Source of the DNA: Utricularia gibba | Lineage: Eukaryota > Plantae > Magnoliophyta | Direction of reading: 5' to 3' | Assembly: GCA_002189035.1 (NCBI GenBank) | Contig: NEEC01000447.1 | Location: 1 to 21,099 of the forward strand | DNA: 21,099 nt | Position numbers and translations under genes: made by a program | Notes under the pieces: model-generated | The model's database searches: none | What the model was told of the DNA's origin: nothing | The model's input: the letters and a program-made list of their open reading frames with translations, nothing else | Part shown: piece by piece, positions 1 through 8,152 of the stretch | How the letters are laid out: each line of letters starts with the position of its first letter | How positions within the stretch are numbered: position 1 is the first letter of the stretch

Positions 1-187
1 CCCATGGGTCATGCAAACTGTAATACCCAGAATTTCATCGGGTTGGGTCCGAACCTGAATGGATCCAACCCAGGCCCATCTCTAATCATAATCATATGAT
101 ATAGGTTTATTAAATTATAAATAATTGAAATACATTATTTATTAAACCGTAGGATAACTGTGAAAGCTTCTTTGACTTAATTATTAC

Positions 188-550
188 CATTTGATCCTCA
201 GTTGTACTTTGGATGGAGTGTGTATTTTTACTTTAGTCAATTTAATTAGCATTCGATCCTTGGTTATGATTCAGATCATATTTGCTATTTTTTTACTTTA
301 AATATTTTTATTATCATTCGATCCTTAAGTATAATGCGGATCGAGCGCGTTTTTTTATTTTAATATTTTTTATTAGCATTCGACGTTAGGTATGCTGCGG
401 ATCGAGCGTATATTTTTCACTCTCATATTTTTATTAGCCTTAGATCCTTAGGTATACTTTGGATCGAGTGCATATTCATTTATTTTAAATCTTAATTAGC
501 GTTCCACCGTTAGGAGCAATTTAGAACGTGTATACATTACAATGCCATGC
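188..550 (+). repeat. Left-arm tandem subrepeats, 6 x ~62 bp
   Basis: Units resembling CATTCGATCCTTAGGTATA...GGATCGAGYGYATATTTTT...TTATTAG start at 188, 250, 315, 377, 438 and 500 (spacings 62, 65, 62, 61, 62). Confidence 0.92.
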
Positions 551-588
551 CACACGGGCGTGGTTTACGCACAACCCACGCCCGTGTG

Positions 589-882
589 CCCTTGCAATGT
601 AAACACGCTCCACATTGCTCCTAAGGATCGAGCGTTAACACAAGTTTCAAGTAAACCATCTCCACTCGATCCGAATCATGTCTAAAGACCGAAAGCCAAT
701 AAAAATATTAAAATAAAAAATATACGCTCGATCCGCATCATATCTTAGAATCGAATGCAAATAGAATCGTTCAAATAAAAAATATACACTCGATTGGAAT
801 CTTAACCAAGGATCGAATGCTAATTAAAATGATTAAAATAAAAATGCACACTCCATCCAAAGTATAACTAAGGGTCGAATGC
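589..882 (-). repeat. Right-arm tandem subrepeats, 5 x 62 bp (inverted relative to the left arm)
   Basis: Reverse-complement units end at 634, 696, 758, 820 and 882, an exact 62-bp period. Confidence 0.92.
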
Positions 883-1254
883 TAATAAAATTAAAAACTA
901 AGAAACTTTCACATGTAGTATATGCTTTAATAACTAACGTATTTACATTATTTATATTTTAATAAACATATATCACATGATTATAAAATATTTTTTTTGT
1001 CATTGTAGAAAGCTCATCACGCCACGCACACCACCCTGGAGAGGTTTCAACAGCTGTTATGAACTCACAACCCTTGCTCAGCAGATTCAGTAAAATTCTC
1101 TAACACTTGGGCTTCCAACGGATCATATCCCATATTCATTCATACGAAATTGTGCAAGAATAATGTGACTTTGAGTTTGAACTAGATAGTAGGACGCTGA
1201 TCGAAGAATGGCCCATCGAGTCTCTAAAATTGGCCGTCCTCGCTCAACAAATGT

Positions 1255-2102
1255 GGGGTGCACGTGACATCCCAATTTCAACAAATGCATCATGATTTTC
1301 GTCGAGTGGGCCCATGAGCCCGTCCGAACCCGGGGCCGGGCCAAGGGCCCCTCGAGAGCGCCCGCCTCAATACGAGGAGGTGTTCCTTCAAAAACCATAT
1401 ACGCGTCTCGTCACAACCCAACGTTAATAAATGCATCACTTTTTTTGGCGCGCTACTGCTGACTTTGGGCCTGAGTTCGGCACGACCTCCGGCTCGATCA
1501 GGGTGCCCCACCGAGAGCTCCTTAAGTATAAAGTGTGTTGTTGAAAAAAAACCGTGTGCGGTTCTCGTGACATCCTAACTTCAACAAATGCATCACGATT
1601 TTCGTCGAGTCGGACGGGACCGGGCTCCCGGGGCCCGGACGAGGCGCAGCGCCCGCTCCCCTCCCCCCCAAAACTAGAAGGTGTTCCATGGAAAACCATT
1701 TAGGCGGCTCGTGACAACCCAAAGTTAATAAATGCATCACTTTCTTTGCCGGGCTACAATGACTTTACGCTCGAGCCTGGTACGACGTATGGGAAGATTC
1801 GAGTGCCCCCCGAGAGCGTCTCCACAAGTATAAAGCGTGTTGTTGAAAAAACCGTGTTGGGTGCACGTGACATCCTAATTTCAACAAATGTGTCACGATT
1901 TTCGCCGAGTGGGACCAGAGTGGGCTCATCAGCCAGACCGAACCCGGGGCCCAAGCCAAGGGCCCCTCGAGAGCGCCCCCCCACAAAACTAGATGGTGTT
2001 CCACGAAAAAAAATTAGGCGGCTCGTGATAACCCAACGCTAAGAAATGCATCCCTTTTTTCGCCGGGCTAAAACTGACTTTGGGCTCATGCCCGGCGCGA
2101 CC
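1255..2102. repeat. GC-rich internal mini-array: six ~150-bp monomers alternating A/B (~300-bp dimer), copy 1
   Basis: Core GT(G/C)A(C/T)A(T/A)CCYAA..T.AA.AAATG at 1264, 1410, 1567, 1711, 1867 and 2025 (spacings 146, 157, 144, 156, 158). Alternate monomers resemble each other most (A: ...CAYGATTTTCGYCGAGT; B: ...TTTTYYGSCGSGCTA). Confidence 0.93.
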
Positions 2103-2106
2103 CCCA

Positions 2107-2199
2107 GCCCGTGTGCATACGCAGCAGCACCACGAGGCCACATGGGCTTGGTTAATGCCCGCGTGCTCGAGCAGCAGCCACAAGGCCATACGGCCGTGG
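2107..2199. repeat. Diverged 50-bp tandem duplication
   Basis: GCCCGTGTGCATACGCAGCAGCACCACGAGGCCACATGGGC (from 2107) vs GCCCGCGTGCTCGAGCAGCAGC--CACAAGGCCATACGGCC (from 2157). Confidence 0.8.
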
Positions 2200-2285
2200 A
2201 AAAAAAGAAAAACAACCATAAAATACAATAAGCCAAAAATAAAAAATAAAATTGATAAACCCTTGGTTCGGTTCGGGCCCAATCA

Positions 2286-2400
2286 AAACCCGTAGGGTTT
2301 AACCCGTTCGGGTTGAACAGAAAGACAACCCCATGGGTCATGCAAACTGTAATACCCAGAATTTCATCGGGTTGGGTCCGAACCTGAATGGATCCAACCC
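2286..2400. other. Cluster of short inverted repeats/hairpins (present in every unit)
   Basis: AAACCC-gta-GGGTTT (2286-2300), AACCCG-tt-CGGGTT (2301-2314), palindrome CCCATGGG (2330-2337), GGGTTGGGTCC-N10-GGATCCAACCC (2369-2400, one G.T pair). Confidence 0.85.
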
Positions 2401-2416
2401 AGGCCCATCTCTAATC

Positions 2417-3299
2417 ATAATCATATGATATAGGTTTATTAAATTATAAATAATTGAAATACATTATTTATTAAACCGTAGGATAACTGTGAAAGCTTCT
2501 TTGACTTAATTATTACCATTTGATCCTCAGTTGTACTTTGGATGGAGTGTGTATTTTTACTTTAGTCAATTTAATTAGCATTCGATCCTTGGTTATGATT
2601 CAGATCATATTTGCTATTTTTTTACTTTAAATATTTTTATTATCATTCGATCCTTAAGTATAATGCGGATCGAGCGCGTATTTTTTATTAGCATTCGAAC
2701 GTTAGGTATGCTGCGGATCGAGCGTATATTTTCACTCTCATATTTTTATTAGCCTTAGATCCTTAGGTATACTTTGGATCGAGTGCATATTCATTTATTT
2801 TAAATCTTAATTAGCGTTCCACCGTTAGGAGCAATTTAGAACGTGTATACATTACAATGCCATGCCACACGGGCGTGGTTTACGCACAACCCACGCCCGT
2901 GTGCCCTTGCAATGTAAACACGCTCCACATTGCTCCTAAGGATCGAGCGTTAACACAAGTTTCAAGTAAACCATCTCCACTCGATCCGAATCATGTCTAA
3001 AGACCGAAAGCCAATAAAAATATTAAAATAAAAAATATACGCTCGATCCGCATCATATCTTAGAATCGAATGCAAATAGAATCGTTCAAATAAAAAATAT
3101 ACACTCGATTGGAATCTTAACCAAGGATCGAATGCTAATTAAAATGATTAAAATAAAAATGCACACTCCATCCAAAGTATAACTAAGGGTCGAATGCTAA
3201 TAAAATTAAAAACTAAGAAACTTTCACATGTAGTATATGCTTTAATAACTAACGTATTTACATTATTTATATTTTAATAAACATATATCACATGATTAT
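2417..3299. mobile_element. Foldback element, copy 2
   Basis: Same ATAATCAT...ATGATTAT-bounded inverted repeat as 88-984; carries a 15-nt deletion in the third left subrepeat. Confidence 0.7.
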
Positions 3300-3571
3300 A
3301 AAAATATTTTTTTTGTCATTGTAGAAAGCTCATCACGCCACGCACACCACCCTGGAGAGGTTTCAACAGCTGTTATGAACTCACAACCCCTTGCTCAGCA
3401 GATTCAGTAAAATTCTCTAACACTTGGGCTTCCAACGGATCATATCCCATATTCATTCATACGAAATTGTGCAAGAATAATGTGACTTTGAGTTTGAACT
3501 AGATAGTAGGACGCTGATCGAAGAATGGCCCATCGAGTCTCTAAAATTGGCCGTCCTCGCTCAACAAATGT

Positions 3572-4419
3572 GGGGTGCACGTGACATCCCAATTTCAACA
3601 AATGCATCATGATTTTCGTCGAGTGGGCCCATGAGCCCGTCCGAACCCGGGGCCCGGGCCAAGGGCCCCTCGAGAGCGCCCGCCTCAATACGAGGAGGTG
3701 TTCCTTCAAAAACCATATACGCGTCTCGTCACAACCCAACGTTAATAAATGCATCACTTTTTTTGGCGCGCTACTGCTGACTTTGGGCCTGAGTTCGGCA
3801 CGACCTCCGGCTCGATCAGGGTGCCCCACCGAGAGCTCCTCCTTAAGTATAAAGTGTGTTGTTGAAAAAAACCGTGTGCGGTTCTCGTGACATCCTAACT
3901 TCAACAAATGCATCACGATTTTCGTCGAGTCGGACGGGACCGGGCTCCCGGGGGCCGGACGAGGCGCAGCGCCCGCTCCCTCCCCCCAAAACTAGAAGGT
4001 GTTCCATGGAAAACCATTTAGGCGGCTCGTGACAACCCAAAGTTAATAAATGCATCACTTTCTTTGCCGGGCTACAATGACTTTACGCTCGAGCCTGGTA
4101 CGACGTATGGGAAGATTCGAGTGCCCCCCGAGAGCGTCTCCACAAGTATAAAGCGTGTTGTTGAAAAAACCGTGTTGGGTGCACGTGACATCCTAATTTC
4201 AACAAATGTGTCACGATTTTCGCCGAGTGGGACCAGAGTGGGCTCATCAGCCAGACCGAACCCGGGCCCAAGCCAAGGGCCCCTCGAGAGCGCCCCCCCA
4301 CAAAACTAGATGGTGTTCCACGAAAAAAAATTAGGCGGCTCGTGATAACCCAACGCTAAGAAATGCATCCCTTTTTTCGCCGGGCTAAAACTGACTTTGG
4401 GCTCATGCCCGGCGCGACC
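3572..4419. repeat. ~150-bp A/B mini-array, copy 2
   Basis: Collinear with 1255-2102. Confidence 0.92.
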
Positions 4420-4731
4420 CCCAGCCGTGTGCATACGCAGCAGCACACGAGGCCACATGGGCTTGGTTAATGCCCGCGTGCTCGAGCAGCAGCCACAAGG
4501 CCATACGGCCGTGGAAAAAAAGAAAAACAACCATAAAATACAATAAGCCAAAAATAAAAAATAAAATTGATAAACCCTTGGTTCGGTTCGGGCCCAATCA
4601 AAACCCGTAGGGTTTAACCCGTTCGGGTTGAACAGAAAGACAACCCCATGGGTCATGCAAACTGTAATACCCAGAATTTCATCGGGTTGGGTCCGAACCT
4701 GAATGGATCCAACCCAGGCCCATCTCTAATC

Positions 4732-5614
4732 ATAATCATATGATATAGGTTTATTAAATTATAAATAATTGAAATACATTATTTATTAAACCGTAGGATA
4801 ACTGTGAAAGCTTCTTTGACTTAATTATTACCATTTGATCCTCAGTTGTACTTTGGATGGAGTGTGTATTTTTACTTTAGTCAATTTAATTAGCATTCGA
4901 TCCTTGGTTATGATTCAGATCATATTTGCTATTTTTTTACTTTAAATATTTTTATTATCATTCGATCCTTAAGTATAATGCGGATCGAGCGCGTATTTTT
5001 TATTTTAGCATTCGAACGTTAGGTATGCTGCGGATCGAGCGTATATTTTTCACTCTCATATTTTTATAGCCTTAGATCCTTAGGTATACTTTGGATCGAG
5101 TGCATATTCATTTATTTTAAATCTTAATTAGCGTTCCACCGTTAGGAGCAATTTAGAACGTGTATACATTACAATGCCATGCCACACGGGCGTGGTTTAC
5201 GCACAACCCACGCCCGTGTGCCCTTGCAATGTAAACACGCTCCACATTGCTCCTAAGGATCGAGCGTTAACACAAGTTTCAAGTAAACCATCTCCACTCG
5301 ATCCGAATCATGTCTAAAGACCGAAAGCCAATAAAAATATTAAAATAAAAAATATACGCTCGATCCGCATCATATCTTAGAATCGAATGCAAATAGAATC
5401 GTTCAAATAAAAAATATACACTCGATTGGAATCTTAACCAAGGATCGAATGCTAATTAAAATGATTAAAATAAAAATGCACTCCATCCAAAGTATAACTA
5501 AGGGTCGAATGCTAATAAAATTAAAAACTAAGAAACTTTCACATGTAGTATATGCTTTAATAACTAACGTATTTACATTATTTATATTTTAATAAACATA
5601 TATCACATGATTAT
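4732..5614. mobile_element. Foldback element, copy 3
   Basis: Collinear with 88-984; 13-nt deletion variant. Confidence 0.7.
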
Positions 5615-5885
5615 AAAAATATTTTTTTTTGTCATTGTAGAAAGCTCATCACGCCACGCACACCACCCTGGAGAGGTTTCAACAGCTGTTATGAACTCAC
5701 AACCCCTTGCTCAGCAGATTCAGTAAAATTCTCTAACACTTGGGCTTCCAACGGATCATATCCCATATTCATATACGAAATTGTGCAAGAATAATGTGAC
5801 TTTGAGTTTGAACTAGATAGTAGGACGCTGATCGAAGAATGGCCCATCGAGTCTCTAAAATTGGCCGTCCTCGCTCAACAAATGT

Positions 5886-6695
5886 GGGGTGCACGTGACA
5901 TCCCAATTTCAACAAATGCATCATGATTTTCGTCGAGTGGGCCCATGAGCCCGTCCGAACCCGGGGCCCGGGCCAAGGGCCCTCGAGAGCGCCCGCCTCA
6001 ATACGAGGAGGTGTTCCTTCAAAAACCATATACGCGTCTCGTCACAACCCAACGTTAATAAATGCATCACTTTTTTTTGGCGCGCTACTGCTGACTTTGG
6101 GCCCGGGCACGACCTCTCGATCAGGGTGCCCCCCGAGAGCTCCTCCTTAAGTATAAAGTGTGTTGTTGAAAAAAACCGTGTGCGGTTCTCGTGACATCCT
6201 AACTTCAACAAATGCATCACGATTTTCGTCGAGTCGGACGGGACCGGGCTCCCGGGGCCCGGACGCAGCGCCCGCTCCCCTCCCCCCCAAAACTAGAAGG
6301 TGTTCCATGGAAAACCATTTAGGCGGCTCGTGACAACCCAAAGTTAATAAATGCATCACTTTCTTTGCCGGGCTACTTCTGAGCCGGTACGACGTATGGG
6401 AAGATTCGAGTGCCCCGAGAGCGTCTCCACAAGTATAAAGCGTGTTGTTGAAAAACCGTGTTGGGTGCACGTGACATCCTAATTTCAACAAATGTGTCAC
6501 GATTTTCGCCGAGTGGGACCAGAGTGGGCTCATCAGCCGAACCGGGGCCCAAGCCAAGGGCCCCTCGAGAGCGCCCCCCAAAAACTAGATGGTGTTCCAC
6601 GAAAAAAAATTAGGCGGCTCGTGATAACCCAACGCTAAGAAATGCATCCCTTTTTTCGCCGGGCTAAAACTGACTTTGGGCTCATGCCGGCGACC
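5886..6695. repeat. ~150-bp A/B mini-array, copy 3 (many small deletions)
   Basis: Collinear with 1255-2102 but about 40 nt shorter through scattered deletions. Confidence 0.9.
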
Positions 6696-7005
6696 CAGCC
6701 CGTGTGCATAGCAGCAGCACCACGAGGCCACATGGGCTTGGTTAATGCCCGCGTGCTCGAGCAGCAGCCACAAGGCCATACGGCCGTGGAAAAAAAGAAA
6801 AACAACCATAAAATACAATAAGCCAAAAATAAAAAATAAAATTGATAAACCCTTGGTTCGGTTCGGGCCCAATCAAAACCCGTAGGGTTTAACCCGTTCG
6901 GTTGAACAGAAAGACAACCCCATGGGTCATGCAAACTGTAATACCCAGAATTTCATCGGGTTGGGTCCGAACCTGAATGGATCCAACCCAGGCCCATCTC
7001 TAATC

Positions 7006-7879
7006 ATAATCATATGATATAGGTTTATTAAATTATAAATAATTGAAATACATTATTTATTAAACCGTAGGATAACTGTGAAAGCTTCTTTGACTTAATT
7101 ATTACCATTTGATCCTCAGTTGTACTTTGGATGGAGTGTGTATTTTTACTTTCAATTTAATTAGCATTCGATCCTTGGTTATGATTCAGATCATATTTGC
7201 TATTTTTTTACTTTAAATATTTTTTCATTCGATCCTTAAGTATAATGCGGATCGAGCGCGTATTTTTTATTTTAGCATTCGAACGTTAGGTATGCTGCGG
7301 ATCGAGCGTATTTTTTCACTCTCATATTTTTATTAGCCTTAGATCCTTAGGTATACTTTGGATCGAGTGCATATTCATTTATTTTAAATCTTAATTAGCG
7401 TTCCACCGTTAGGAGCAATTTAGAACGTGTATACATTACAATGCCATGCCACACGGGCGTGGTTTACGCACAACCCACGCCCGTGTGCCCTTGCAATGTA
7501 AACGCTCCACATTGCTCCTAAGGATCGAGCGTTAACACAAGTTTCAAGTAAACCATCTCCACTCGATCCGAATCATGTCTAAAGACCGAAAGCCAATAAA
7601 AATATTAAAATAAAAAATATACGCTCGATCCGCATCATATCTTAGAATCGAATGCAAATAGAATCGTTCAAATAAAAAATATACACTCGATTGGAATCTT
7701 AACCAAGGATCGAATGCTAATTAAAATGATTAAAATAAAAATGCACACTCCATCCAAAGTATAACTAAGGGTCGAATGCTAATAAAATTAAAAACTAAGA
7801 AACTTTCACATGTAGTATGCTTTAATAACTAACGTATTTACATTATTTATATTTTAATAAACATATATCACATGATTAT
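7006..7879. mobile_element. Foldback element, copy 4
   Basis: Collinear with 88-984; 13-nt deletion variant. Confidence 0.7.
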
Positions 7880-8152
7880 AAAAATATTTTTTTTTGTCAT
7901 TGTAGAAAGCTCATCACGCCACGCACACCACCCTGGAGAGGTTTCAACAGCTGTTATGAACTCACAACCCCTTGCTCAGCAGATTCAGTAAAATTCTCTA
8001 ACACTTGGGCTTCCAACGGATCATATCCCATATTCATTCATACGAAATTGTGCAAGAATAATGTGACTTTGAGTTTGAACTAGATAGTAGGACGCTGATC
8101 GAAGAATGGCCCATCGAGTCTCTAAAATTGGCCGTCCTCGCTCAACAAATGT

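Larger units (their letters stand above)
88..984. mobile_element. Foldback (long inverted repeat) element, copy 1; MITE/foldback/MULE-like non-autonomous structure
   Basis: 88-166 vs the reverse complement of 906-984 matches 65/79 ungapped (hand count). Homology continues inward through 62-bp subrepeats to a perfect 13-bp stem, CACACGGGCGTGG (551-563) / CCACGCCCGTGTG (576-588), with a 12-nt loop. The inverted repeat is seen directly; transposon origin is inference (no TSD or transposase found). Confidence 0.7.

Noticed and set aside
188-882. CRISPR array
   Set aside because: The subrepeats are contiguous degenerate tandem units without unique spacers, they invert mid-way, and there are no cas genes.
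159-913. TGTGAAAG...CTTTCACA as TG...CA LTR-like termini
   Set aside because: The inverted homology continues ~70 bp further out on both sides (to 88 and 984), so these are internal to the foldback arms; there is no PBS, PPT or TSD.
323-1531. Shared 12-mer CCTTAAGTATAA (323-334 and 1520-1531) and 10-bp inverted match GTCATTGTAG/CTACAATGAC (999-1008, 1754-1763)
   Set aside because: Isolated matches of this length are plausible by chance within a 2.3-kb sequence, and the flanks do not extend them.
1674-1698. Helitron 3' end (CTAG next to the imperfect palindrome GGTGTTCCATGGAAAACC; also GGGGCCC-N7-GGGCCCC upstream of CTAG at ~1989)
   Set aside because: Hairpin-to-CTAG distances (2 and ~21 nt) do not fit the usual ~10-12 nt, and the motifs are internal, recurring parts of the 150-bp monomer.
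2257-2300. Telomeric repeat tract
   Set aside because: Only isolated single AAACCCT/TAGGGTTT units, with no tandem TTTAGGG run.
1-2329. Concatemer of a CRESS-DNA virus or geminivirus satellite
   Set aside because: No TAATATTAC/TAGTATTAC nonanucleotide stem-loop and no Rep, capsid or betaC1 ORF.
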